A stretch of 32,000 nucleotides of DNA from Sinorhizobium meliloti (GCF_017876815.1 NZ_JAGIOS010000001.1:3840001-3872000); one strand, 5' to 3'. Positions 8,336 through 17,146 are shown, counted from the first letter of the stretch. The notes: generated by a model not told the origin, from the sequence alone. Translations and numbers: made by a program.

Positions 8336-9576
8336 CCGCGGTCACCGCATCGCGGCCGGTTATCCTTCGCCCGCAGCTTGCCGCGATTTCGCTCGTCGGC
8401 TCCTGCCTGGTGACGATCGGCGTCTTTCTGTCCGGGTTCGTCATCGCCGAGCCCGCGCCCTACGAGGTCTTCATGGCGGGGCTCATCGGCCTCTGGGCGC
8501 TTTTCGGCCTCAGGATCTCCCGTGCCACGGCTCCGCTCACGGTCCTTCTCGTCCTGTTCATGATCGGCGGTATCCTGTCGCTGACGGTGATGGCCGACCT
8601 TGGGACCGGTCCGATGTATATGGCCGTTACCGGCTTCCTCTGCCTCACGGCGGTGTTTTTTGCGGCCATCATCGAAGAGAGCCACCAGCGCCTGCCGCTC
8701 ATCCTCAACGCCTGGGTGGCGGCCGCGGTCATCACCGCCCTCCTCGGCATCCTCGGCTATTTCGGCGCGATACCGGGTGCGGCGAACTTCACGCTCTATG
8801 ATCGCGCAAAGGGAGCGTTTCAGGACCCGAATGTCTTCGGACCGTTCCTCGTAGCCCCCACCCTCTATCTCCTTCACGGGCTGCTGACGCAGCCGATCAG
8901 CCGGGCGCCCTTGAAGATCGCCGGCCTGCTCGTGCTCACGCTCGGCGTGTTCCTCTCCTTCTCGCGGGCCGCCTGGGCTCTCGACCTGTTCTGCGTCGTC
9001 GCTTTCGTCTTCGTCATGCTGCTCAAGCAGCGCAGCGGTCTCTTCCGCCTCCGGATTCTCGTGCTGACGCTCTCCGGCGCCCTGTTCGTGGTGGCAGCAC
9101 TCGTGGTCGCCCTGCAGTCGGACCAGGTCGCGTCTCTCTTCTCGAGCCGCACCCAGCTCGTCCAGGATTATGACGGCGGACATCTCGGGCGTTTCGACCG
9201 GCACCGGATCGGCTTTCTGATGGCCATGGAAAAGCCGCTCGGCATCGGCCCCATGGTGTTCAGCACCATGTTTCCCGAAGACGAGCACAACGTGCTTCTG
9301 AAGAGCCTGACATCCTATGGATGGCTCGGCTTCGTCGCCTATGTCGCGCTCATCCTCTGGACGCTGTCGCTCGGCTTCCGCTTCCTGCTGCTCGAGAGGC
9401 CGTGGCAACCATATCTGATGATCGCCTGGACCACGCTGATGGGCCATGTCGGTATCGGCAACGTGATCGACACCGATCACTGGCGCCATTTCTACCTGCT
9501 TCTCGGCATCCTTTGGGGGTGCGCCGCGCTCGAATATCGCCATAGAAGGCAGATCCGCTCCGGAACGCCCGCATGA
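8332..9576 (+). CDS. O-antigen ligase / Wzy-like polysaccharide polymerase family membrane protein
   Basis: About 10 predicted TM helices, with the Wzy_C-type motif region (LSFSRAAWALDLF). The TTG start overlaps the upstream stop (TTGA). The exact start is uncertain, but the first TM helix begins near residue 17. Confidence 0.75.
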   Translation: MTAVTASRPVILRPQLAAISLVGSCLVTIGVFLSGFVIAEPAPYEVFMAGLIGLWALFGLRISRATAPLTVLLVLFMIGGILSLTVMADLGTGPMYMAVTGFLCLTAVFFAAIIEESHQRLPLILNAWVAAAVITALLGILGYFGAIPGAANFTLYDRAKGAFQDPNVFGPFLVAPTLYLLHGLLTQPISRAPLKIAGLLVLTLGVFLSFSRAAWALDLFCVVAFVFVMLLKQRSGLFRLRILVLTLSGALFVVAALVVALQSDQVASLFSSRTQLVQDYDGGHLGRFDRHRIGFLMAMEKPLGIGPMVFSTMFPEDEHNVLLKSLTSYGWLGFVAYVALILWTLSLGFRFLLLERPWQPYLMIAWTTLMGHVGIGNVIDTDHWRHFYLLLGILWGCAALEYRHRRQIRSGTPA

Positions 9577-10817
9577 CCACGAGTCGCGAGCCGCCCGACG
9601 CCCCTCTGCGCCTGCTCGAGGTACTGGAACCCGGCGGCGGAGGGTCCGGACGCCACTTTCTCGATCTTTGCCGCGGCATGCATGCGCGCGGCCACCATGT
9701 CGAAGCGATCTATTCTCCCGTTCGGGCCGAAGACGGCTTCGTGCGCGAACTCAAGGCGCTCGGCCTTCCCGCCATTCATGCGGTCGGCATGCGCCGGGCG
9801 CCCGGCCCCTCCGACTGGTCCTGCTTACGCGCCATAAATCGCATCATCCGCACTGCCGGGCCGTTCGACGTCATTCACGGCCACAGTTCCAAGGCCGGAG
9901 CCCTGACGCGCCTGCGCCTCCCGGGAAGGCACGTGCCGCGCGTCTACACGCCGCATGCCTTCAGGACGATGGACCCGACGCTCGGGCGCGGCGGCCGACT
10001 GATTTACGGGGCGATCGAAACACTTCTCGCCCGCTTCTTCACCGACCATCTCGTCACGGTCTCCGGTGACGAATTCGCCCATGCGCTGTCGATCGGCATT
10101 TCGGGAAAGGGCATGTCCGTTATCGTCAACGGCGTCGACACCCCTTCGCCCGATATGGCGCAGACGGTGCGCGCCAGCTTCGGCATTCCGGCGGACGCCT
10201 TCGTTTTCGGCTTCATCGGCCGGCTCTCGGCACAAAAGGCGCCCGAGCGTCTCCTCAATGCCTTCGGCAAGGCCGCGTCGGCGGTCAGGAACAGTCACGT
10301 CGTCATGATCGGATCGGGAGAATTGGAGGAAGAGGTCCGCGCCGCGATCGCCGCAAGCGGCTTGCAGAACCGCATCCATCTGACCTCGGCCTTTACGGGA
10401 CCTCAGGCGGTACCCGCATTCGATCTCCTCGTCATGCCGAGCCGCTACGAGGCAATGTCCTATGTGATGCTCGAAGCGGCAGCCGCCGGCCGGCCGATCA
10501 TCATTTCCGACGTCGGCGGAGCCGGAACGGCCGTCGATCACGGAGAGAACGGCTACATCGTTCCGAACAGCGAGGACGTCTCACCGCTTGCAAGAGCGAT
10601 GATAGCGGCGGCCGACCCGGATATGTTTCGGCACCTTGCCGGCGCCGCCGCGGCGCGCCGGGACCGTTTTACACTGAAACGTATGCTCGACGAGACGGAA
10701 GAGGTTTACCGACGAATGGCAGCGCAGCGCCGCCGACAGCAGTCAGTAAGATCGAATCAAGAAGACTGGAAACCGACGGAAATGATGAAAGCCGCTCAAT
10801 CACTGCATGGGGGCTAA
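9573..10817 (+). CDS. glycosyltransferase family 4
   Basis: It shows an ATGA start/stop overlap with the previous gene. It has the GGSGRHFLDL N-terminal motif and the E-x7-E region (EAMSYVMLEAAAAGRPIIISDVGG). Confidence 0.88.
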   Translation: MTTSREPPDAPLRLLEVLEPGGGGSGRHFLDLCRGMHARGHHVEAIYSPVRAEDGFVRELKALGLPAIHAVGMRRAPGPSDWSCLRAINRIIRTAGPFDVIHGHSSKAGALTRLRLPGRHVPRVYTPHAFRTMDPTLGRGGRLIYGAIETLLARFFTDHLVTVSGDEFAHALSIGISGKGMSVIVNGVDTPSPDMAQTVRASFGIPADAFVFGFIGRLSAQKAPERLLNAFGKAASAVRNSHVVMIGSGELEEEVRAAIAASGLQNRIHLTSAFTGPQAVPAFDLLVMPSRYEAMSYVMLEAAAAGRPIIISDVGGAGTAVDHGENGYIVPNSEDVSPLARAMIAAADPDMFRHLAGAAAARRDRFTLKRMLDETEEVYRRMAAQRRRQQSVRSNQEDWKPTEMMKAAQSLHGG

Positions 10818-10831
10818 GGGATTGATTTTGA

Positions 10832-10870
10832 TCGTCGGACCGGTGGATTCGAACCCGGGACCCTTGACCC
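10832..10870 (-). repeat. degenerate copy of the 3' half of tRNA-Pro (att-like direct repeat; not a functional tRNA)
   Basis: The minus strand reads GGGTCAAGGGTCCCGGGTTCGAATCCACCGGTCCGACGA. Aligned by eye, about 33 of 41 positions match the anticodon-loop-to-3'-end segment of the intact tRNA-Pro at 13278-13318. The T-stem no longer pairs and there is no 5' half. Confidence 0.6.
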
Positions 10871-11178
10871 AAGGAGAGAGGGCTACTTTCTGGACGCCCT
10901 GATACAAAAGGCATTGCAGAAGATCAGGTCGGGAATTATTTCGGGACTCGGTGAGCGCGGTTTTGCCTCCGGGCGTTCTGAGGCTAGGGCAGGACGAACA
11001 CCGCCGCCTGGTCATCTCTCGCGGCCTGTTTCCCACCGCAACCGTTCCGTCCGACATCGTACGGCGGCTCGCGTTTCTCCGAGATGGGGCGTATACTATC
11101 TTCATCATCGGCTCATTTCCACGGGCACCGATGGCTGGGAGATCATCGCGCTTTCGCCCCAATGGTGGAGATTGCGCC

Positions 11179-11442
11179 ATGCGCTCCGATATCCATGTCA
11201 ATCCAATCAGTCCTTATGACCTCGACGTGATAGACTCTGTCTTTCGGGCTGAGTTACGCAAACGAAAGCTGTCCCGCTGCAGCGAAGAAGCAGAACAACT
11301 CGCTGCGAAGCTGATCAGTCTCTACCAGGCAGGTCGCCGGGATGCTTATGAACTCGCGGCCGCTGTGGCGGTCGCCGCCAAGGCAACCGACATCTCTGTT
11401 GATAGTTCGTCACAGCAGCACAAGTCAGGCACATCCTGCTGA
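11179..11442 (+). CDS. hypothetical small protein (87 aa)
   Basis: ATG at 11179 with GGTGGAG 8 nt upstream. The codon usage looks coding (EEAEQLAAKLISLYQAGRRDAYELAAAVA). I recognise no family. Confidence 0.5.
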   Translation: MRSDIHVNPISPYDLDVIDSVFRAELRKRKLSRCSEEAEQLAAKLISLYQAGRRDAYELAAAVAVAAKATDISVDSSSQQHKSGTSC

Positions 11443-11623
11443 GACGTCGAATATCTCCCCCCCGGTCTTCCCGCTCTCGGATGCCTTGGCCGATGGGTGC
11501 TGCAGGTCGCCGTCATCGGTCCGGAGCGCGATACCCAACCCCGGCGACCAAGACCGGCTGAGCGAAAATGGCATTCTTTCGGTCCAGGGCAACCGCCGGC
11601 GTGTCTTCGTTCCAATACCAAGG

Positions 11624-11896
11624 TTAATACCGATAATATCCATAGATCGGACGAGCGCCGCGCTTGCACTTGATCTCTTCCTTGTACTCGTCATCGTCCC
11701 ACTTGCGCTCGATCTTGCAGCGGCCACGGCGGTATTCCTCTTTGAAGGCCCTTCGCTCATAACGAGGCCCGTCGTAGTAGCCGCCCCCGCGCCAGCGGCC
11801 GTGGCCGCTTTCGTCTTTCCAGGGGTCAGCAAAGGCCATACCGGCCATGCCCGTGAGCGCGACGCCAACGGAAATTGCCGTGGTTACGATCTTCAT
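11624..11896 (-). CDS. hypothetical small exported protein (90 aa; charged/aromatic-rich, 2 Cys)
   Basis: ATG at 11896 with AGGAG 8 nt upstream. Signal peptide MKIVTTAISVGVALTGMAGMAFA/DP. The mature part is rich in R, K, E, D, Y and G (DESGHGRWRGGGYYDGPRYERR...). Confidence 0.6.
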   Translation of the reverse strand: MKIVTTAISVGVALTGMAGMAFADPWKDESGHGRWRGGGYYDGPRYERRAFKEEYRRGRCKIERKWDDDEYKEEIKCKRGARPIYGYYRY

Positions 11897-11924
11897 AGTC
11901 CTGCTCCTAGTGACATCGGAATCT

Positions 11925-11950
11925 AACGTTCCTGCGATGCCTTGGTTTCC
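11925..11950 (-). promoter_or_regulatory. candidate EcfG/RpoE2-type (general stress sigma) promoter
   Basis: The minus strand reads GGAAAC-N16-CGTT, compared with the consensus GGAAC-N16/17-CGTT. The CGTT element lies 28 nt upstream of the ATG of the 11624-11896 gene. Confidence 0.35.
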
Positions 11951-12551
11951 AGGAGAGGGTTTTCCCACCTGACGGTCGAGGACAGATCAGACCTTAGTCC
12001 GGCTCGTGGAAAGCAAAGGTCTTAGGCCGGTGACCGAGCGAAACCTTTGATGCATATTGGAGTTGTCACCCCCGAGCGGCCCCCCTCGTCAGCCGCTCGA
12101 GTGTGGTACCTCGGAGCTGCATAATTGTCCCTTCAATGCAGCCCTGAGGCCCACCGCCTTACAGCGCACCGTCGTAGTGGCTTGGGACCGAAACCGAGAG
12201 GATTTGGTTGATGCGCGACAGAGACGATTACGGGCTGCCGAAACACTAAGCATTATACTTTTATCGATTTTGACGATTGCCGTTTACCTGATCGCGCAGA
12301 CGCATTCTTACAAAATGAGAGCCGGGATGTCGCGGTGTACATTCCGACCGCTTCTGGCCAGAACAACGTTTCGGAATAGTCCGGCGCCGCAGGGCGCGGC
12401 CGATTACCGCGAGCAGCACGCGCCTGTCGGTCGAAGATGCCGTCGGCGAGACAAGCGACAGAGCCAGACGCAGGATCTCGTATAAAGAAAGCTATATCTC
12501 ATAACATTAGCAATCGCTGTATTATACAACTGGCCAAGGGAGGAAGCGCAG

Positions 12552-12827
12552 ATGGACAAACCTCGGGACGAACTGTCTCTCAGCGAAGGAGACAGACGCG
12601 AGTTTCTAAAGACTTGCGGCCGCTTCGCTGCCGTCACACCGCCTGCCGTGACAATGTTGCTTTCAACGAGCCTCACCTCCGACGCCAACGCAGCCTCGGG
12701 CAGCGGCTCGAGCGGCGGCAAGGGCGGTGGGGGCGGGAATAGCACAAAGGGCGGCAAAGGCGGAAATAGTACCAAGGGCGGAAAGGGCGGAAACAGCTTA
12801 AAAGGGAAAGCCAAACCGGGTAAGTGA
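12552..12827 (+). CDS. Tat-signal small protein with a Gly/Lys-rich tandem-repeat mature region (91 aa)
   Basis: GGGAGGA lies 8 nt upstream of the ATG. The twin-arginine motif DRREFLK is followed by an h-region (FAAVTPPAVTMLLSTSL) and an AxA site (ANA/AS). The 44-aa mature part is ASGSGSSGGKGGGGGNSTKGGKGGNSTKGGKGGNSLKGKAKPGK. Confidence 0.6.
   Translation: MDKPRDELSLSEGDRREFLKTCGRFAAVTPPAVTMLLSTSLTSDANAASGSGSSGGKGGGGGNSTKGGKGGNSTKGGKGGNSLKGKAKPGK
12714..12818 (+). repeat. in-frame 27-bp tandem repeat (about 3 units plus a partial unit) encoding N-S-T-K-G-G-K-G-G
   Basis: Unit 12738-12764 is aatagcacaaagggcggcaaaggcgga. Unit 12765-12791 is aatagtaccaagggcggaaagggcgga. The flanking units are degenerate. 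Confidence 0.8.
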
Positions 12828-13036
12828 AATGCGCGCGCCGTGGCACACGAGCCTCTCTTCCTCGGCTCGTCTGTCATCGTATGCACAGTGTGCCAGCAAT
12901 CAAGTGCTCCCTCGAGGAGGATCGGACTCCTAGCGCAGGATACTGGGTCCAGAAAGGGAGGATGGAATGCAGTCGGCTCGAAGTGAGGCACCCCTCGATC
13001 CGACAGACGTCGATTTGCTCCAGCGCGTCTTCGATA

Positions 13037-13156
13037 TTGCTCGCGAGCGCCTCGATTAAAACGACGATGCGCTATGCTCACGTCCTCGATGAGGAGGTGG
13101 CGGAAACCCTCGAATCGCTCTTCAACTCGAAACGTGCACAAAGGAAGAACAAATGA
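13037..13156 (+). pseudogene. tyrosine recombinase (phage-type integrase) C-terminal remnant
   Basis: It translates to LLASASIKTTMRYAHVLDEEVAETL. This matches the conserved LLGHxSIxTTxxYxHv box containing the catalytic Tyr. No upstream catalytic domain is present in any frame. Confidence 0.45.
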
Positions 13157-13277
13157 CGTGGAACGTTTTTCGGGACTATTCGCTTCCGAACAGTGAATCC
13201 GAGCGCGTTTCGTTCCCATATTTCCGGTAGGGCTACCGAAAGCGCCAATCGTATCGCGTTGAAACCAAAGCGGAAAA

Positions 13278-13354
<77 letters not shown>

Positions 13355-13535
13355 ACCCGCTTGGTTACAAGCCCGCTCTCATTAGTCGGAACACACGCCC
13401 GGCGCAAGGGGAAAATGGAGCTCGCCCTTCACTGGAGACCGCCGGCTGTAGCGCAAGCGGCGAAACAACAGTTTTGTGATTTGGATCGATGCCCTGCGCT
13501 GGATAAACTGCGCCTGCAAACCACAGGAGAAGCCC

Positions 13536-13751
13536 ATGAAGAGCATCCTCGTACTTGCAGCCGCCTTCGCTTTATCGGCGACGGCAGCGTCAGCCGATTG
13601 CCTGGGCCATTCCAATACCACGGCATCGATCGACAAAGTGGACAAGGAGATCACGACGGCGAGCGTGGCAAAGGCCGAGCAGTCGACCGCTGACGATCTC
13701 CTCCTGAAACAGAAGAAAGAACAGCAGTCGACGGAAGAAGCGGCCGAATAA
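13536..13751 (+). CDS. hypothetical small exported protein (71 aa)
   Basis: AGGAGAA lies upstream of ATG 13536. Signal peptide MKSILVLAAAFALSATAASA/D. The mature part is acidic and Lys-rich. Confidence 0.55.
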   Translation: MKSILVLAAAFALSATAASADCLGHSNTTASIDKVDKEITTASVAKAEQSTADDLLLKQKKEQQSTEEAAE

Positions 13752-13769
13752 GTTGGTCACAACCGAGTT

Positions 13770-13795
13770 GGGCCTCGGCAGCGCTTTCGAGGCCC
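13770..13795. terminator. possible shared hairpin between convergent genes
   Basis: GGGCCTCG-N10-CGAGGCCC, an 8-bp stem, sits between the stops at 13751 (+) and 13815 (-). Neither side has a clear U-tract. Confidence 0.3.
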
Positions 13796-13814
13796 CCTTC
13801 CCGTGCCTTCCCTG

Positions 13815-14345
13815 CTACCGAACCTGGTCGAGAAGACGCTTGCATTCGAGGAGGTCGTAGAGCGCTTCCTGCAGCAGCGCCCTGTCTTCCTTGCCGACCG
13901 ATGTCTGGCCGATGGTAATCTCGGTATCGTCGCCTCCGTTGCCGAAAGAGAAGAAGCGCCGGCTCGCCGGCGCCTTCGGGCGGCCGACGATCTGGTCCTC
14001 CTCCGCGACGCCCGCCTTGGGCGGCGCCGGCTCTTCGTTGCTGGAAGCGGCAAGCGCCTCGACGGTCGCAAGGTCACCGCTCGCGATGGCGGCGACGAAC
14101 TTGTTGCCGTTGGCTTTCAAGAGCTTCTGCACACCCTTGATCGTATAGCCGTGATCGTAGAGGAGGTGGCGGATGCCCTTGAGCAGGTCGACATCCTCGG
14201 GGCGATAGTAGCGGCGCCCGCCGCCGCGCTTCATCGGCTTGATCTGCTGGAACCGGGTCTCCCAGAAACGAAGCACGTGCTGGGGGAGATCGAGTTCGTC
14301 CGCAACCTCGCTGATGGTGCGGAAAGCATCCGGGCTTTTTTCCAT
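13815..14345 (-). CDS. MerR family transcriptional regulator
   Basis: It has an N-terminal MerR helix-turn-helix ([48 protein letters not shown]). It lies immediately downstream of ihfA on the minus strand (ihfA 14488-14826 precedes it), an ihfA-adjacent position I recall as conserved in alphaproteobacteria. Confidence 0.88.
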   Translation of the reverse strand: MEKSPDAFRTISEVADELDLPQHVLRFWETRFQQIKPMKRGGGRRYYRPEDVDLLKGIRHLLYDHGYTIKGVQKLLKANGNKFVAAIASGDLATVEALAASSNEEPAPPKAGVAEEDQIVGRPKAPASRRFFSFGNGGDDTEITIGQTSVGKEDRALLQEALYDLLECKRLLDQVR

Positions 14346-14487
14346 GTGGTCCCATCTCCATAAGGCGCTCGCCGGACAAGATCGGCGGCGCGACGCACGG
14401 ATCGTCGTGCGATGATTACACGAATCACGCCTACTTCAATGGCTTATGGATGGGTTTTCAACCACATTTGTGGTCGCCGACGGCAGT

Positions 14488-14826
14488 TCAGCCAGCCGGG
14501 TTGGACGGCTTCAGTTTGGACTTGCGGCTCAGATGCGCCTTCAGGACCCGCTGCTTCAGTACATTCGAAGCCTTGAAGGTCATCACCCGGCGCGGAGAAA
14601 TCGGCACTTCCTCGCCGGTTTTCGGGTTCCGGCCGATGCGCTCGTTCTTGTCGCGCACCTGGAACGTTGCGAAAGAAGACAGCTTCACGCTCTCGCCACG
14701 CACGATTGCGTTGCAGATCTCGTCGATAACGGTCTCTACGAGTTCGGCGGACTCCGTGCGAGACAGACCCACCTTGCGAAAAACCGATTCAGCCAAGTCT
14801 GCCCGCGTTACTGTTTTTCCGCTCAT
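14488..14826 (-). CDS. ihfA: integration host factor subunit alpha
   Basis: HU/IHF fold with the IHF-alpha signature ([10 protein letters not shown]...[33 protein letters not shown]). Confidence 0.93.
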   Translation of the reverse strand: MSGKTVTRADLAESVFRKVGLSRTESAELVETVIDEICNAIVRGESVKLSSFATFQVRDKNERIGRNPKTGEEVPISPRRVMTFKASNVLKQRVLKAHLSRKSKLKPSNPAG

Positions 14827-14919
14827 CTTCCCCCACCGATGTCTGGCATGCCGATCAGCGATTGAAGACTATTGCCCTTGTCTTTTCCGGTCAAGCGCCT
14901 GCCGTAATTCATTATTTTC

Positions 14920-15891
14920 TTACCAGCGAAGAAGAACGGAGCCCCAGGTGAAGCCCCCGCCCATCGCTTCGAGCATTACGAGATCACCCTTCTTGATGCG
15001 GCCGTCAGAGGCGGCGGCATCGAGGGCAAGCGGAATCGATGCCGCGGAGGTGTTGCCATGCAGGTCGACGGTAACCACAACCTTTTCGAGAGGGATGCCC
15101 AGCTTCTTGGCCGAGCCGTCAATAATGCGGCGATTGGCCTGGTGCGGAACCAGCCAATCGATGTCGTCCGCGGTCGTTCCGGTTGCCTCGAAAGCCGCCT
15201 CGATCACGTCGGTGATCATGCCGACCGCGTGCTTGAAGACTTCGCGCCCTTCCATCCGGAGATGGCCGACGGTGCCGGTCGTCGACGGCCCGCCGTCGAC
15301 ATAGAGCTTGTCGCGGTGGGCGCCGTCGGAGCGCAATTGCGCCGTCAGAACGCCCCGATCAGCCTTGGTCCCGGCCGCCTCCTGCGCCTCCAGAACGATT
15401 GCGCCGGCGCCGTCGCCGAACAGCACACACGTCGTCCGGTCGGTCCAGTCGAGAAGCCGCGAGAAGGTCTCTGCGCCGATGACAAGAGCGCGTTTGGAGA
15501 GGCCGCCGCGAATATAGGCGTCGGCCGTCGCCACCGCGTAGACGAAGCCGGAACAGACCGCCTGCATGTCGAATGCCGCACCGTGCCGCATGCCGAGGCG
15601 GTTCTGGATGTTGACTGCGGTTGCAGGGAAGGTGTTGTCCGGAGTGGAGGTCGCGACGATGATCAGGTCGACGTCGTCCGGCGTCAGCCCGGCTCTCTCG
15701 AGCGCCGCCCGCGCCGCCGCCTCGCCGAGAGAGGCGCTCGTCTCGCCCTCGCCTGCGATATAGCGCTGGCGGATGCCGGTCCGCTGCACGATCCATTCGT
15801 CGGACGTGTCGACCCTGGATTCGATTTCCTTATTGGTCATCACTCGCTTCGGCAGTGCTGCCCCGAAGCCGCGCACGACAGAACGGATCAT
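14920..15891 (-). CDS. fabH: beta-ketoacyl-ACP synthase III
   Basis: 323 aa with an active-site Cys context ([14 protein letters not shown]) and a C-terminal GGGFTWGS motif. It is adjacent to plsX. Confidence 0.95.
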   Translation of the reverse strand: MIRSVVRGFGAALPKRVMTNKEIESRVDTSDEWIVQRTGIRQRYIAGEGETSASLGEAAARAALERAGLTPDDVDLIIVATSTPDNTFPATAVNIQNRLGMRHGAAFDMQAVCSGFVYAVATADAYIRGGLSKRALVIGAETFSRLLDWTDRTTCVLFGDGAGAIVLEAQEAAGTKADRGVLTAQLRSDGAHRDKLYVDGGPSTTGTVGHLRMEGREVFKHAVGMITDVIEAAFEATGTTADDIDWLVPHQANRRIIDGSAKKLGIPLEKVVVTVDLHGNTSAASIPLALDAAASDGRIKKGDLVMLEAMGGGFTWGSVLLRW

Positions 15892-15909
15892 CTACTCAAA
15901 CCTCATCAT

Positions 15910-16953
15910 TCATGCCCGCGGAACGGCTTCGGACGGCTGGGCGCCATGATACCGTGCCAGGTCGGCCTCGATCTTCGCCTTGAGGCCGTTCTTCACCATA
16001 TCGTATCCGACGTCGATGGCCGCGGCGAAGCCCTCGGCGTCCGCGCCGCCATGGCTCTTGATAACGATGCCGTTGAGGCCGAGGAACACCCCGCCATTGA
16101 CCTTTCGCGGATCCATCTTCTCGCGGAGCCGGTCGAAGGCTCCCTTGGCGAAGACGTAGCCGACCCTTGCAAGAAGCGTGCGCGACATCGCGGCGCGCAG
16201 ATATTCGGCGATCTGACGCGCCGTTCCCTCTGCTGCCTTCAGGGCGATATTGCCGGAAAAGCCCTCGGTGACGACGACATCGACGGTGCCGCGGCCGATA
16301 TCATCGCCTTCGACGAAGCCGTAATATTCGATTCCCTCGACGTCGGCCTCACGGATGAGGCGCCCGGCCTCCTTAACCTCTTCCTGACCCTTGATCTCCT
16401 CCACGCCGACGTTCAGAAGGCCGACGGAAGGACGCTCGACCTCGAAGAGTGCCCGGGCCATTGCGCCGCCCATCAGAGCGAAATCCATGAGTTGCTGCGC
16501 GTCCGCGCCGATCGTCGCGCCGACGTCGAGGACGATGCTTTCGCCCTTCAGCGTCGGCCAGATGGCGGCGATCGCCGGCCGCTGAATGCCCTGCATCGTC
16601 CTCAGACAGAACACCGACATCGCCATCAGCGCGCCGGTGTTCCCCGCCGAGACGACCACATCCGCTTCGTCGGCGTTGATCGCGTCGATCGCCTTCCACA
16701 TGCTCGATTTGCCGCGTCCGCGCCGAAGCGCCTGGCTCGGCTTTTCGTCCATGCCGACGGCGATCTCGCAATCATGGAACGTGCTGCTCGCCTTGAGCTT
16801 CGGGTGCTTGGCGAGCAGTTCGATGCATCGCGCTTCCTGGCCAAAAAGAACGAACTTTATGTCCGGGTGACGTTCGAGCGCTCTCGCTGCGCCCGGGATG
16901 ACGACTTCAGGACCATAGTCGCCTCCCATCACGTCAAGTGAAATTCTGACCAC
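15910..16953 (-). CDS. plsX: phosphate acyltransferase PlsX
   Basis: [17 protein letters not shown] at the N-terminus and [14 protein letters not shown] near the C-terminus. I placed the start at GTG 16953 because PlsX proteins normally begin just before the ISLD motif. The tracked start at 17001 cannot be excluded. Confidence 0.9.
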   Translation of the reverse strand: MVRISLDVMGGDYGPEVVIPGAARALERHPDIKFVLFGQEARCIELLAKHPKLKASSTFHDCEIAVGMDEKPSQALRRGRGKSSMWKAIDAINADEADVVVSAGNTGALMAMSVFCLRTMQGIQRPAIAAIWPTLKGESIVLDVGATIGADAQQLMDFALMGGAMARALFEVERPSVGLLNVGVEEIKGQEEVKEAGRLIREADVEGIEYYGFVEGDDIGRGTVDVVVTEGFSGNIALKAAEGTARQIAEYLRAAMSRTLLARVGYVFAKGAFDRLREKMDPRKVNGGVFLGLNGIVIKSHGGADAEGFAAAIDVGYDMVKNGLKAKIEADLARYHGAQPSEAVPRA

Positions 16954-17146
16954 GCGTGTCTTATCCTTTTTTCCCGCCACGCAACATATTTCGCCCCTCA
17001 AGCATCAAGCGGCGGCGATCCATGTTCCTTCTGATAGTGGGGCCGGCATGCAATGTCTCGGCGCAACGGCCCCTTGGCTGGAGTCGGGCCAAAATACTGC
17101 TTTTCGTCGGCGTGACAACCGAATTGTAAGCCGGGGCCTAGCCGTT

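Larger units (their letters stand above)
10832..13277. mobile_element. decayed integrative islet at tRNA-Pro (remnant; no intact mobility gene)
   Basis: The islet is bounded by the tRNA-Pro 3' end and a degenerate direct repeat of it. An integrase C-terminal remnant lies beside the tRNA, there are AT-rich patches (for example 12240-12300 and 12480-12540), and only very small ORFs are present. Confidence 0.5.

Noticed and set aside
10832-10912. A possible functional tRNA gene (GGATTCGAACC T-loop signature on the minus strand).
   Set aside because: Only the 3' half is recognisable. The T-stem (CCGGG/CCACC) does not pair, there is no matching 5' acceptor strand or D-arm upstream, and the 3' end is TCA rather than CCA. 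I treat it as a tRNA-Pro remnant or att-like repeat.
10951-11178. The long form (163 aa) of the 11179-11442 ORF, and other ORFs in 10900-11200.
   Set aside because: The upstream extension has no ribosome-binding site and looks like Arg/Pro-rich non-coding translation. The internal ATG at 11179 has a good GGTGGAG Shine-Dalgarno sequence.
12071-12100. An 8-bp GC hairpin (CGAGCGGC-N11-GCCGCTCG) inside the islet, considered as a possible terminator.
   Set aside because: There is no U-tract on either strand and no adjacent gene end that it would terminate.
12967-13059. A 30-aa ORF (MQSARSEAPLDPTDVDLLQRVFDIARERLD) that looks like a truncated paralogue of the N-terminus of the 11179-11442 protein (NPISPYDLDVIDSVFRAELRKRKL).
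   Set aside because: Similarity is only about 6 identities over 22 residues. The ORF overlaps the integrase-remnant frame, so one of the two readings is probably accidental. Too weak to call without a database comparison.
12404-13219. A 271-aa minus-strand ORF with a striking Pro/Phe/Leu repeat (PFPPLVLFPPLPPFVLFPPPPPLPPLEP).
   Set aside because: The repeat is simply the reverse complement of the Gly/Lys repeat. The ORF runs through AT-rich non-coding DNA and the integrase remnant, and it has no ribosome-binding site. The plus-strand ORF has a strong Shine-Dalgarno sequence and a coherent Tat signal.
15058-16941. A 627-aa plus-strand ORF spanning fabH and plsX. Similar very long ORFs occur at 1312-2562(-), 3579-4793(+), 6722-8146(-), 8329-9543(-), 19829-20842(+), 21673-23298(+), 27535-29214(+) and 29415-30788(-).
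   Set aside because: Each lies antisense to, or out of frame with, a gene whose product carries unmistakable family motifs. Their translations are Arg/Ala/Gly/Pro/Asp-rich with no recognisable domains and no Shine-Dalgarno sequence. This is the standard stop-codon-poor shadow-frame artefact of high-GC DNA.
16954-17146. A missing rpmF (L32) gene between yceD and plsX, as in the common yceD-rpmF-plsX-fabH operon.
   Set aside because: No frame on the minus strand gives an L32-like peptide; the best is a 20-aa [23 protein letters not shown]. rpmF is presumably elsewhere in this lineage, so this is just a promoter-bearing spacer.
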